DNA of 64,000 nucleotides from Monocercomonoides exilis PA203 (lineage: Eukaryota > Protista > Preaxostyla): assembly GCA_001643675.2 (NCBI GenBank), contig LSRY02000061.1, positions 310,001-374,000 on the forward strand. The letters run 5' to 3'. The notes under the pieces are model-generated. The model was not told the DNA's origin and made no database searches. It worked only from the letters and a program-made list of their open reading frames with translations. This document shows positions 37,116 to 50,254 of this stretch, in pieces; position 1 is the stretch's first letter; every line of letters starts with the position of its first letter. The position numbers and the translations under genes were made by a program.

Positions 37116-40100
37116 TTGGACAGATTAACATTTTTTTTGGACAGACTGTATTTCACATTTCTTATTATGTTCTTATTGGCAGCAGCTGTTTTGCAAGATT
37201 GCATTGCAAGCTCTCAACCATGGATAGTATCTTTTCTTCGTTGGATAACGAACATTCCTTTTAGATTATTTTTCATCCCATTTATTTCATTATGTATTAC
37301 AACTTTTAATTGTTACGAGACAGGAGACGAGAGAACTCATCGTTCTTATGAAAAGTTGTGCTTGGAAGATTTGTTAAAATTTGCGGGATTTGTTATAGCA
37401 GTTGTAACACTTTCATATGTTTTGTTATCTTCATTAATAATAAATAATATGATTTTTAACCACAATCCGAAACACGGAGGATTGTGGTCATCGCCACGTG
37501 GTTTATGGCAATCAATGGACTCGCTTCTTGTGTTTGGATGTGTGTTTGCAATGAGGATGCTGTTTGGATGGACTTTCTGGCGCGGAGTTGTTACAATTGG
37601 ATCTTCTATGGTAATGATGGTGTATTTTGTATATATTCAGCCAATATACAAACTGAATGGAAATCTACTGATGGCCAGCAAATGGTGCATGTTTGGATGT
37701 TTGAGACTTTTTGATGAAATTGCAAATACAATTGAAGGAGCAACAGGCAATTGGAAAATAACTATTGTACTTCAAGCTGTTGGCTTGATAGCTGGAATTG
37801 TGGTGTGCATTGTGCTGCTACCAAATATTTGTAGAAATATCAGAGAAAGAAAGTATCTCTTTCCAGTTTTTGGTAACCAATTGTCAGATATTTGTACGAA
37901 AAACCCTTCTTTGGTACTACCTGCGTTGAAGAAGCCTGAAAGAATGGAGGCATCGCTTCGCTTTATACAACAGAAAGAATACAAATCGATGATGTATTTG
38001 ACATTTGCTGATTATGTGTATGCGCAAACACTGAAGGCGAACAAGAACAACAGCTGCTGTTCTTCCAATATGCGACATTTCTGTCCGCTTATTGCAAAAT
38101 TACACAAAAGCCGATGAGCTTATAAGAAAAGCACAGATATCGTCTCCAAAAATTTTCCTAGGATTTGTGCTGTTTTGTATGACCAAAGAGAATGGAGGAA
38201 GAACAAACAGAGACAATAGAAACAGAACAGGCGATATGAATTCGTTTGCCTTCACGAAGCTACTAGAAAAGGCAGAGAAGCACCACGAGCTGGCTGTGAA
38301 TGCGATGAAGGACTTTTTCGAGAATATAATAGCGATTTCAACTGATTTCAAGTTGATTCCTGTTCTGCTGAATTCGATTGTGAAGAACGAAGACATTGCG
38401 CGGAAGAGCTACGAAGAGCTAATTACCTCACATGGGCTTAACAAGGATATCTTAAGGAGCTATGCACGTCTTTTATTAGACATCTACAACGAGGAGGATG
38501 AGGCAGAGATGATATTGAGCAGAGCTGATCGGATCGAAGAAGAATCTGCCAACTCTGGTGAGATAATGGATCGGATGCAGGTGACAGCGGTTCACAATAC
38601 TTTGTTTGGATCTGTTGGACAAAGAAAGGCCGGTACTCGAAAAGATAGCGTAGATGAGGGTTCAAGCGATAGAGGCAATACTTGCAACGAGCATGTATCC
38701 AACTACGTTCGTTTGGTGAGACAAGAAAGCTTTGAAGTGACAGGGAGTGTCGATGAAGGCGCAGCTACAGGGAAAGCTGCAGATGAAAGATTTGAAGCAT
38801 GCCAATCTTCTTTTGAACTGCTCAGCTTTGATGGTGAACGCGAAATTCTTTCTGGAAGCGAAAGACAGCTGCAACAGACTTCATACGAATGTCGAAGAAA
38901 CCAAAGATTCAGCAAAAAGAAGAGAACAAAAAAGAAAAAGAACGGAATGAGGATTGATATGATGATAGGAGGGCGAAACATATTAGGAATTCACAAAAAT
39001 GAAATGGTGACACTGAAATTTGCAACGGTATTATTGCATATTGTTATTGTTGCTGCACTTCTGTCCGCTCTTGCTGTTGATGCGACTATGTCGGGAATGA
39101 ACCAGAAAGATTTGGAAACTCTGCGAAATGTGTGTGGCTTATCATATCATTCAGCACGTGCGGCTGCAATTGCATATGACTTCTTTGTTTACGACAAAAT
39201 GTACAACTTTTCTGACCCTGTAGCAACTGACAAATGGGGTCCGATAATTATTCCAAAAAAGGAGTTGATGAAGATGCTAAAGGGGACATCAGATGACTTG
39301 GCGCGGATGCTCGGCAATGTGCATGGATCAACTATAAACATGGAGCTGTGGGAAGCAGCAAGCATCGACACGTATTTGTTCGCATTCACCACGAAGAATG
39401 AGACTCATCCAGATGGAAGCGTCGAAGAAGTCATAGGCACAAAAACGCAGATACACCATCCGTCTTCCATGTTGGAGGTGCTTGCCTCGGTTTCGCAGAT
39501 GACGCATCATCTGTTCCTTTCGAATATTTCTTCACGTCCGCGAGATCCGGATTATCTGCCAAGCATACAACATTTGGTGTTCAATTGTCCTGTCCCGATT
39601 ATGGATGGAGCCAAAAGGGTGATTATTTAATATTTCGAGCTTATTAGCTCAGGATGCGACGAAATTATAACTGCTTTTGTTCTTATAATCACCTTGTTCC
39701 TTACTCCTCTTACAGCTGCGCAGACTGTGCTCTTCATCAGAGTTACAAGAACGGCAGTGCAGAATCGAATGAAGGCATTTCGCTATGCTGGATGTGCCAA
39801 AGAGCAAGATGAACAGAGTGATGCATCAGCTTCTGAGGGGAGATGACGCTGAATTCGATGACGAGTTGGTAGATTGTGCTGTATCGAGCGAAAATCCGCA
39901 CTTGAAGCTATGCGAAAGTCGCAGCAGCAACAAATTCGAGCACTGGAGAGATGGTAGTGCGGAGATGCCGTGTGGAGGTTCCGATGAAAGTGAAAAGAGT
40001 TCTCGTTGAAAGACAAGCAAGCGAAGCTCTGTTTGGTTGATGCATCATGCTGAAGAGAAGCTGGCAGAAAGCAACAGTTTGAATTTATTGCAGAGACAAC

Positions 40101-42460
40101 AGATGATGAAGGAATCTCCTCAGAAGAAGTTGCCGTCAATGCTCGACTCGTCCAAAATAGAGCATTCTTTAAACAGATCTTCACCTTCGATGATTTCTGG
40201 TGCTGGGCTTTCGATGGAATCACTCGGAAGCGTCTCAGTTTCATTATCGTCTTCGAAATCGCAATTGGAAGAGCAGGCTGCGTTGTTATCTGTTGATGAA
40301 GAGAACACAAAAATCGTCAGCAAATCTGTGCAAAATGTCGGAGCAAGAAATCCAGCGAGATTGCCGCATGCGGAGCAGAGTCCCGTTTTAAGGAAGCTGA
40401 AAATTGAAGTCTCTGGAGCACCAAGCGAACTTCCTTCTTCTCCCCCACAAAATGATGCTTCATTTACCGGCCTCTTGGGTTTTGAGTCAAGTGGGATGGA
40501 GGTAGCAGAATGGGAGTCAGGAATAGCGAATAATGCTGAAAATGAAGCAGAATCTGCTTTTCCCAGTGTAATGCAGAAAGGAAATGTTTCAATGGCATGG
40601 CACTCTCCGGTGATTTGCGAGAGCACTTTTTCTGAGATGTGTGCGAGCAGACCACTTTTTGCCAGCCAGGGAGTGGGAATGACGAATTATGCGAAGTCTC
40701 CGTCGCTTCAGCCTGCCCTGCTTTTGGGCAGCGTTGACAAGCCTCATTGCGGGATGGCACATGAAGGCTTATTACCTCCTCAAGAGCCGATTTTTGAAAA
40801 TGCTCCCTTCTCTGCTTTCAGCCCAGTGCCTGTGGTTTTTCCTCCTGCCTCACCGAGTGGGTATCAGCAGAAAAATCCAATGTTTAACAGTCAGAATTTT
40901 CTGTTTCCACAGATCGAAATGCATTCTCCGATTCATTCAGTGAATGATTGCCCGCTAAAAATGGAGCAAAAGTTGTCGGTTTGTTATGAAACTGTTGCTC
41001 AGATTGAGCGACTTCATCGCAAAATTTGTGGAACAAAATTCAAATTCGACGAAGAAGAAAACAGAAACTATCCCGAAAAGAACAAGCAGAGAGGATTGAT
41101 CAGAAATGCCTTAGAGGATGCAGCTTGGGAAGAAAGAATGGAGAAGGAGATAGAGAAATACGCACCGGCATACATGCATCTGCCAAGTCCGGTCACGCAC
41201 AAAATGATCATGACAAGTGTACTTTCTGTGCTGCTTGGTGTTATCACGATCGCAACGACAGTTTCTTTGGTACGCGTTTATGCTAGCAGATACAAGCCAA
41301 CTTCGGCAAACATCATCCTTTCTGGAATGCGTGCCTCAATTCTGTTTCAGATCCAATTTTTGCTGCTCACAATTATTGAGCCAATTCCGTTGCTGATAAC
41401 AGACCAATCAGTCACGTTTCCAGATTCAAGCAATCCAATTATGAACAGCTCTTCACATTGCTCGGGGTTTCCGCTGACAGCGCAAGAGATGCTGGTGCCA
41501 ATGTCGAGATATTTCGAGGCGGTGCATCTGAGCTGCCACTTCGGGACTTCGGAGTATTCGCATTCAGGAGACTTCACATACGATTCAGTTTTCACCAAGC
41601 GCATGACAACCAAGTTTAACAGAGAAGCGCTGCTGCAAATGTCATATTGCATTCTTGCTGAATCTGATGACTGTTCACAGGTGAACCCAATGCGGATTTA
41701 TGGAGAAAAAGGAAATGCCCACAGCCTTGCAACACTTTTAGCACGGACGAGGGTGAATCTGGAGAGGCTTTCAAAGATGAATGTTTCCGAAATCACAATT
41801 CTGAACCCCGAAGCTCAGTATATTTTGTCTGCATTGAGATATGATATTACAGAAGGACTGAACAAAATGACTAACATAATTTTATCTACAGGAAAGGAAG
41901 AAGTGTAGGAGTCGATAACAATCTTGAGAATTGTGACTTATGGTTTTTGTGCACTATTTATTGCTTCGTAATTTGGAAATGGATTGACATGGATACGGGA
42001 AGTGGAGTTTGTCGAAAATGTGTCTGTGAAGCTGTTTAGTATGCTTCGGATAAAAGAAGATGAAAAAGTGATTGAAATGATGCCATCAATGGTGACAGGT
42101 CATGACTCCTTCGACAAAGGAAGAGAAGCAATTCTTGATGCTGCCCAGCAGCTGCTCACTACAGTCAATCAGAACGAAGATATTGAATCAATGATGGATG
42201 CGTTCTGTCAGCTTTCATCAACGGCATTGGCAATATTCAACGAAGAGGAAAAAGAAATGGCTGTGAAGAATTATCCTGGAATTGAGAAGCACAAAAGAGA
42301 GCATTTGCTGTTGAGACAGCGGCTGATGCTGATTGGAGACCAGCTTCACTCAAAGAACTATGCGGTGAAAGCAGCCGGAAAGAGAACGCGTATTTCGCAA
42401 TTTGACTTGCACTTTACTGATGAAGATATCATGCTTGCGGAGGCAGTTTGGAGGCTGTAA
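37116..42460 (+). pseudogene. Pseudogene of a large multi-TM (TmcB/TmcC-like) protein with TPR-like segment and C-terminal hemerythrin-like domain
   Basis: Collinear ORFs 37116-38117, 38092-39630, 39785-40009, 40037-41908 and 41984-42460 are separated by frameshifts and by TAA/TGA/TAG stops after which coding-like sequence continues. TPR-like ARKSYEELI..H......LRSYARLLLDIYN; hemerythrin-like MVTGH..FD...FNEEE..M....YP....HKREH...HFTDED. Confidence 0.75.
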
Positions 42461-43179
42461 TAAAATTACATATTATTATTGGTGTAGGATGAAAGCAAGA
42501 GTCATTTGTGAAAGCTAATAGACTTTTGATTTTCGATATGTATCTTTTTTAGTAAACATTTTATTTATTTATTTAACTATCTATTTATCAATTTGTCTAT
42601 TTTTATTAAAATTTTTGTTGAAACATATTTTATCTTTTCATGTTTATTATTCATTTTTTGATTATTTATTTGAAAATGGAAGGAACGAAAATATTATTTT
42701 CACAGTTAAATAATCATAATAATCTTTCTTTTATTATCATGCATTGGTATTTTAGGTGGAATATTCTTAATTTTTTCATCAATACGGAGTCAATATTTTT
42801 GGTTGGTTGAATTTGAATGTTATTATAATAGCCAAAGTTAAATTATCTTCAGATTCCTTGTAATTTCTGTTCACCCACTTATTTTCTAAATTGAATGGAA
42901 ATACATAATTTCTTGAATAGAGTTTAAAATGTGGGTTGTTACATTGTTCAAAAATTTTGAAGATTTATTTGCAAATGTGTGCTTTGGTGAAATTCTTTTG
43001 TAACTTTATCTTTGAAAAATTTGATTATTTTTTATTTTCAAAAAATTTTTATTTGTTACAATTAACCTTCAACATGGTTTTGTTTTTTTTTTTGAAATAA
43101 AAACACTCTCATGTTTGTTGAGATTTATTGTGAAATGCATCTTATACATAGACCTAGTTTTTTTCAGCAATTGCTTCAA

Positions 43180-43312
43180 TAGATGAATTTTGAATAGATT
43201 TTTTTTATTCAAATAAACTAGGTTTATTAAAATGAACTCTTGTTTATTCGAATTGATCGTGTTTATTTGAATAAACCGAGTTCATTTAAGATAGACTGAG
43301 TTCATTTGAGTT
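43180..43312 (+). repeat. Left terminal inverted repeat of a putative non-autonomous element
   Basis: TAGATGAATTTTGAATAGATTTTTTT is the reverse complement (1 mismatch in 26) of the sequence ending at 47271. It contains internal ~19-bp-period TTTATTCAAATAAA-like units. Confidence 0.8.
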
Positions 43313-43799
43313 GCGAAAAATATTTTAATAAACAAATATTTTTTATGTTAGTATAATTGATTGCAAAAACATACATATATTATTTGTTTCATAATGATGT
43401 TGTTTTGCGAATGATTTTTGTTGTTTTCGCCAAATTCTTTCAAAGATCATAAGGATCAAAATGTTAAAAAAACTGTCAAAATTTTTTTGCACCAACAAAC
43501 GATTAAAAATATATCAACATTACATTCATTAATCGTTCAACCTTCAAACTGTATTATTCACACGTTTTTACATTTTTAAAAATTGATGAAAAGAAGAATT
43601 TCATGAATTATGAAATGAAAAGTAATTTTTGATTTGCGCAAATAAAACAAATTGGATTGCTCCAATACTGGCATAAACAACTGGCATTTATACTCAGATT
43701 GGTTAAATAATATCAAAAGAAAGGAAAAAATCAAAAGAAAATAATTGTGTCGGTTTTTATAAAAAACGGATTCAAAAACAAACATGTTTGTTATCATTG

Positions 43800-46760
43800 T
43801 TTAATTGAATAATGAACGGAGTTCAACCGTTTTTCTCTTGCTATTTGCCTGCGCTTCTCCAGCAGATATTCCTTATTGTGTTGTTTCCTTCCGATCAGGA
43901 ATATGCGAAATATCATTCTGATCGTTCCAATTTATCAAGTGCAATAGTCACATTCTGATGGTATCACATGGAAGCAGCATTGATTTGACAAACGTTACAA
44001 TGGGTAACATGGAGCTGATGGGAAAAAGCATTGAAGAAGTATTTGCGCAGGCTGAATTGCGAGACGAGTCACAAGGATTAAATGAAGGCGACAGTCAAAC
44101 AGTTGAGCTAAAATGCTGCACGCTTTTCTCGCTTTGCTAAAATGCTCCTTTTGAACCCTCTATAATCAGCTGTACTGGCTGCGAGTCTTGTAGCGTGCCT
44201 GTGCAAAACACCTCGATCTAGAGCAGTGGAAGCAGCCAAAACAAGAAAAGTGGAGGAATGATAACGAAATTGAGCAAAGAAGAATTTTTCGAGTGTAGTT
44301 TTTCGGCTGTCTCGGAGTGCTTCTGCTCGGAGACTGGAAGAGGAGGCGCAATATTCCTGGATTGTTCTTCGATCATCAGTGATGGCCTGCTTCCTTTTCT
44401 GTTGAAAAACACCACGTTCATGGAGAACAAAGCATTTGTGGGAAGAGACTTATATGAAAAATGTGCGAATGAAAAAACTCAAATTGGCAACGAGTAGTTC
44501 CAGCTCGATTTCAGAGCACCGTTTGTTCGGGAGTTTGCGATGTGGGGATGCACAGAACTCGACTATGCGGACGAGCAAGATCTGCTGCTGCTTGTGGTTG
44601 TGCATCAGAGCGAGACGATATTTGCATCTTCTTCAGCGGACAATGCCTCTGACACGCGCCAGTGTGGTGCAATGAGCGAACCGTGCATTTCGCTGAATGT
44701 TGCGCTGCCGCACATCATTCCTTCAGTTTACAGCAATTTGCTGATTGACAAAAGCGCAGAGGTGACAGGGGAAGCGAGCGCTTGCGATGTCTCGATCAAG
44801 TCGCTGGATGCGGAAGGCGCCAGGGGGAGTGTTGTGCTGAACAGCAGCATCGGAAGCAAGACGAAAAGCCTCGTTTCGTGCTCGTCGAGAGTGAAAATGG
44901 AATTTCTCACGTTTTTGTTTGGAAGCGCTTTTTCTTCTTCTCATTCAAGTTTGTTACCGCTGACTGATGTCAACTTGTGGATTGCAGACACAATCTTTGC
45001 TCAAGAAGCTTATGGCGGAGGTTCTGGAATTGAACTGAATTGCTTGATTGTTGAAATGAGCGGTGGAAGATTGACGATGTCTGACTGCACTTTTGCTGGC
45101 CTCTGTCTCAGTTTTTCATGCCTAGCAGCAAAAGGCGGACAATATTGTTCATTTGCTGATTTGAATGTTTCTGAAGTGAATTGTGGAGAGTTATTTGATT
45201 TTAGCAATTTTTACAAGCCTATCAACGCAGCAAGTCTTATTTCCAGTTGCATATTTGATCGATCGGCTCTTATCCTTCGGGACTGCAAAGACTCTCAATG
45301 GAAGAAGGTTCAACTCAAGAATGAAGAGAGCAAAGCAAGCTTGATTGTGCTTTCCTCAGACGGTTCAGGAGGCCATTCAAACGTCCAATACTATCATTCG
45401 GAATTCGATTCCATATCTGTGCTGTCTGGTTCTTTGTTTTCAAAAGAATGCCAAGATTCAGATATTGAGATGAATTTCTTTACCATTTCTAACGCGAAGC
45501 TAAGAGAAGAATGTGCAGTGAGTGTTGCATCAAATGCTTCCACATTCCATTTGAAGCAGTCTTCATTCCAAAACATAACCAGAAATTCCTTTGGTCCGTG
45601 CTGTTTGGCCGCTTCATCTTCATCTTTGTTGGTGGAATTGGAGAATTGCACCAACCAAAAATGAATTTCATCCTCAGAAAAGGGGAGAATTGCTGCTTTG
45701 ACGAATTTATCGGATGTTTGCTTATCTTCATGCGTGTTCGACGGAGCAGTAAGCGCGGCAGATTTGAGAGCGAGTGATGAGCGATCAGAAGAGCTGTGCC
45801 AATGCAGTGGATCGATGGTTGATCTTCAGAATTGCACAGGAAGTATTATTGACACGAGTGTTGCAAACTCGTCGAAAAGATGTGTTCCTGTGTTTTGTTG
45901 AAGCACCTGTGTGAAATTTGTATTATTTGTCAACAACAGCCGAGTACAACGGGTTATCCGTTCATAAGGAACAACATCGCCTGCTCTGACCATGCGCTTT
46001 TGAATATTCATTGCCTGAAAATCGGGGATGGCTTTCTTCCGAACACCTCGACGTGAATTTCTTCCAGTTGAGAACATTGGAAAAAATGGCTTCGTAAAGA
46101 GCATCCCGTTCTTTATTCCGCAGCTAAATTCAGTGATATCTTGTTAAGAAGGCAATGTCATTTCCCTGGATCTCATTGGCTCCTCGTTCATTCCCTTGCA
46201 CTAACTCCTCCAGATTGATTTTGTCAATTAATTCCTCCACAAACTCAGAAATATCCGTTGCAAGTTGAACTTAATGAAAATGAAACTGTAATCCATGTTG
46301 TCATCTCAGCCTCAATCGCAACTTCGGTGTCTGACAATACTGAAGTGGCTGCAAGAACCATGTTTAAAAGCTCAAATACATTTGCATCAACTGCACAATT
46401 TCTTTTGAAGAACAGCAGTGAAGTTTAATTAAAAACGATGAAAGAATTGCTGAAGGAAGAAGAGAAAGAATACCGTCTCGACTTTTGATTGCAATTGTTA
46501 TGACATCGATAATTCTTAAGATTCTTTTGATTGGATTTATTATGTTTATTGCTCGTTGGAAGAAGATTTCGAATGAAGCGGAAGATTCGAGACAGATAGT
46601 TGATGATACAATAAGGAAGAATCCGAAGGAATTCAAATGGTGACGATGGAGACATTACTAGAAGAGCAGTGGAGGAGAGAATAGAAAAAGAGGGAGAGAA
46701 GATAAATGAAGAGTGGCCTTCAAAAAATCTATCTATGAAAATGAAATATATCCATTCAAC
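43800..46760 (+). pseudogene. Shortened, frameshifted copy 1 of the giant receptor family (last ectodomain module, TM, juxtamembrane; no kinase part)
   Basis: SECFCSETGRGGAIFLDCS, MWGC...DLLLLVV.HQSETIFASS...CG....PC.SLNV.L.HIIPS.YS.LLI match the 2591-aa protein. TM and EEQWRR remnants lie near 46480-46690. Many stops. Confidence 0.85.
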
Positions 46761-47134
46761 GGAGAAAGTGGTAAATATGAAAACAGCTTCAACCTGTCGA
46801 TTCGACTGAGAGCTTCAAATTTATATGCTTTGTTGGCTGAAAATCACTCCACGAACATCAATAGAAACAAATTTTTGTTTTTTATATTTAATTAAACAGA
46901 GATCAAATGAAAAACAAAAAAGTTGGAATGGAATAGAATCATGACAACAAAATGATATTTGCATTCATTTCTTTCTCTATTTGTCAAATAAAATTTTCTT
47001 TAAACATATATCAAAGATTGATTAAGAATACAGAAAATCTCAGATTTTTTGAATTTTTCAATTTTTTTGTTGATAAAGTGAAAGATAAAATACAAAAGTA
47101 TTATAATAAGTGTTCACTACTTTTTCACAAAAAC

Positions 47135-47271
47135 TTTATTTAAGTGTATCGCACTTTATTCAAGTGTCACTTCAACCATTTTAAATAACATGACTTCATT
47201 AAAGAAAAACCCAGTTCATTCAAATAAGTTGAATTTATTCAAATGAAAAAAATCTATTCACAATTCATCTA
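47135..47271 (-). repeat. Right terminal inverted repeat, copy 1
   Basis: Ends AAAAAAATCTATTCACAATTCATCTA; inverted match to 43180 onward over roughly 90 bp. Confidence 0.8.
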
Positions 47272-47779
47272 ATAATTAAGATAAAAAACAAAAATTTTTA
47301 ATGTGTAAAAATTGATAACTGATAATATTCTTATATTATTTGAAAACAGTTAATGTTATTTTTGTAATGATTTTTGTTGTTTTCATCAAATATTTTTAAT
47401 GATCGAAAGGATCAAAAAATTTTTTGAAATGTTTTAATTCTTTTGCACTAACAAACGATTCAAAACGCATCATCATGACATTCGTAGTTTGCTAAACTTT
47501 CCAATTATGTAATCCACTTGTTTTAACATTTGTTAAATATTAATGAAAAGTAGAATTTTATGAATTATGAAATGATTAGCGTTTTTTCAAATTCGCAAAT
47601 AAAGAAAATTGAAATTATGTTGAATAACAAATTGGATTGCATCAATATATATGCAAACAACTGGTATTTTCACTAAGATCGGCTCAAAAGCATTAAAAGA
47701 CAGGAAAAAATAACCGGACAATAAATGAAATTGATATTTCTTTTTTGAAAAAGATAAAAAAACAAAGAAATATGTCTTC

Positions 47780-49740
47780 ATTATTTCATTGAATAATGAA
47801 CGAAGTTCAACCGCTTTTCTCTTTCTATTTGGACAAGCTTCCAACACAAGCATTCCTTATTTCACAGTTGCCCGCCTGTCTGGAACATGCGAAATGTTAT
47901 TCTTACAGTTTCAATCCATCGAATGTGGAGGCCACGTTCTAACTGCATCGCTTGGCAGAAGAATTGAGATGATAAATGTTTCGATGAGCAATATTGAACC
48001 GATACGCAAAAGCATTGTGGTAGTATTTTGCGCAGGCTGAATTGCAAGACGAGTCACTGAAATTAAATGAGGCGACAGTTCAACAGCATAACTCAAATGT
48101 TGTTCCTTCGCTCGCTTCTCCAAAACATTCCTTCCGAACCTTCCTTATCAGCAACATTGGAAGCGATCCTTGCAGCGTGTCTGTGCAAAACACGTCGATA
48201 AAGAACAGTGGAAGCAGCCAAAGCAAGAGCGGTGGAGGAATGATTATGAGTTGAAGCGAAGAAAGCTTTTTCGAGTGCCGTTTTTCTGCTGTCTCGGAGT
48301 GTTTCTACTCTGCAACTGGAAGAGGAGGCGTAATATTACTGGATTGCTCATCAATTGATAGCGATAGCACGTTGCCTTTCCTGCTGAAAAACATCACATT
48401 CTTGGAGAATAAAGCATTTGTTGAAAGAAACTTATTTGTTAAATGAGCGAACGAAAAAACTCAAATCGGCAACTAGCTCTTCAAACTCGACTTCAGACCT
48501 CCGTTTGTTCGGGATCTTGCCATGTGGGGATGCGCAGCACAGAATTATTGTGACGAGAAAGATTTATTAGAGCTGATTGTTGTGTATCAGAGCGAGACAA
48601 TATTTGCATCTTCTTCAGCAGATAACACCTCAGATTCACGCCAATGCGGAGATATCACTGCGCCCTGCTCTTCGTTGAACGTTGCGTTGTCTCACATAAT
48701 TCCTTCAGTTTACAGCAATTTGCTGATTAACAAAAGTGCCCTAGTGTCTGGAGAAGCAAGTGCACGCGATGTGACGATCAAGTCGCTGGAGCAGGAGAGC
48801 GACAATGGAGTGCTCCATCTGAACTGCTGCATCAAGAGCAAGACGGGCAGTCTTTTTGCATGTTCGTCGAGAGTGAAAATGGAGTTTCTGACAATTCTGT
48901 TTGGGAATGCTTTTTCTTCTTCTCGTTCCAGCTTAGTATCGCTTGCTGATGACAACTTGTCGATTGCAGACACAATCTTTGCTCAAGAAGCTTCTGTTGG
49001 AGGATCTGAAATTGAACTGAATTGCTCGATTGTTGAAATGAGCGGTGGAAGATTGACGATGTCTGACTGCACTTTTGCTGGCCTCCATCTCCGTTCTTCA
49101 TTCCGCAGCTGCATTCAGTGAAGTCTCACCAACAAGGCAGTAACCTTGCCATTGATCCTTCTGGCTCCTTGCTCCTGCCTTGTGGCTTGTCCCTCCAGGT
49201 TGATTCCTTCGATGGCTTAATTCACAATCTGCAGGTATTTCCGCTGCAAGCAGAAGAGTTTGCAGGCGAAACAGATATTCACACAGCCATTCCAGCATCA
49301 ATTGTTACTACTGCGTCTGAAGTTACAGAAGTGTCTGTGAAAATCTTATTTGGAAGGGTCGAATCTCCAGCTTCAACAGATTCATTCATTCTGAAAAACA
49401 GAAGCGAGGTTGAGCCAAAAGGAGATGAAAGAAATGTTGAAGGAGGAAAAGAATGAAAATCAATGTGGCCAATGATTGTGATTGCGATATTTGCATTCCT
49501 GTTTCAGATTGTTCCGATTGCTTCAATTGTTGCTCCTATTCGAAGGAGAAAGGTTTAAGAAGAAGTTAGAAAAATCAAGAAGATTGCTGATGATACAGTG
49601 ATAAAGGATACGAAGGCATTTGAGTGGTAATGATGAGACGTCACCCGAGGCTAAGTGGGGAATGGTGAAGAATAATGCTGAGAAGATAAATGAAGAGCAG
49701 TTTTGAAAAAAAACCAAATGAATATGTAATTTATTCAGTC
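47780..49740 (+). pseudogene. Shortened copy 2 of the same receptor fragment, with a further internal deletion near 49100
   Basis: Collinear similarity to 43800-45120, then a jump to GSLLLPC.LS...VSV.ILFG...SP.ST.SFILKNRSE..PKGDER.VEGGKE and TM remnants. Confidence 0.85.
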
Positions 49741-50117
49741 AATGGAGAAAGCTGCAAAGATGAAAACAGCATCAATCTGTCGACTCGACTGAGCGCTTCA
49801 GAAATATATGCTTTGTTTGTTGTAGATTACTCCACGAACATTAAAAGAAACAAACTTTTATTTTTTATATTTAATTACACAGAGATCAAAAAAAGTTAAA
49901 AAGTTGAAAATAGAACAGAATAACAAGAATAAGCTTTAAATAATTGATATTTCAAGCTCATTTTATCAAACAAAATCATCTTGAAACAAATCAGAAATTT
50001 TTGTGAAGGATAAAGAAAATCTTAATTGTTTCAAAATTTTTCAATTTTTTTGTTCATAAAGCAAAAGATAAAACACAAAAATATTTTAACATGTGTTCAC
50101 TATATTTTCATGAATTA

Positions 50118-50254
50118 TTTATTTAAGTGTATCGCACTTTATTCAAGTGTCACTTCAATCATTTAAAATAACATGACTTCATTTAAGAAAAACCCAGTTC
50201 ATTCAAATAAATTGTATTTATGCAAATTAAAAAAATCTATTCACAATTCATCTA
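50118..50254 (-). repeat. Right terminal inverted repeat, copy 2
   Basis: Near-identical direct repeat of 47135-47271, ending AAAAAAATCTATTCACAATTCATCTA. Confidence 0.8.

Noticed and set aside
39628-41975. In-frame TAA/TAG stops followed by coding-like sequence, suggesting TAR=Gln recoding as known in some oxymonads
   Set aside because: Multi-kb ORFs in this window lack internal TAR codons and other genes end in TAA/TAG. The same locus also has a TGA stop and frameshifts, so pseudogenisation explains it.
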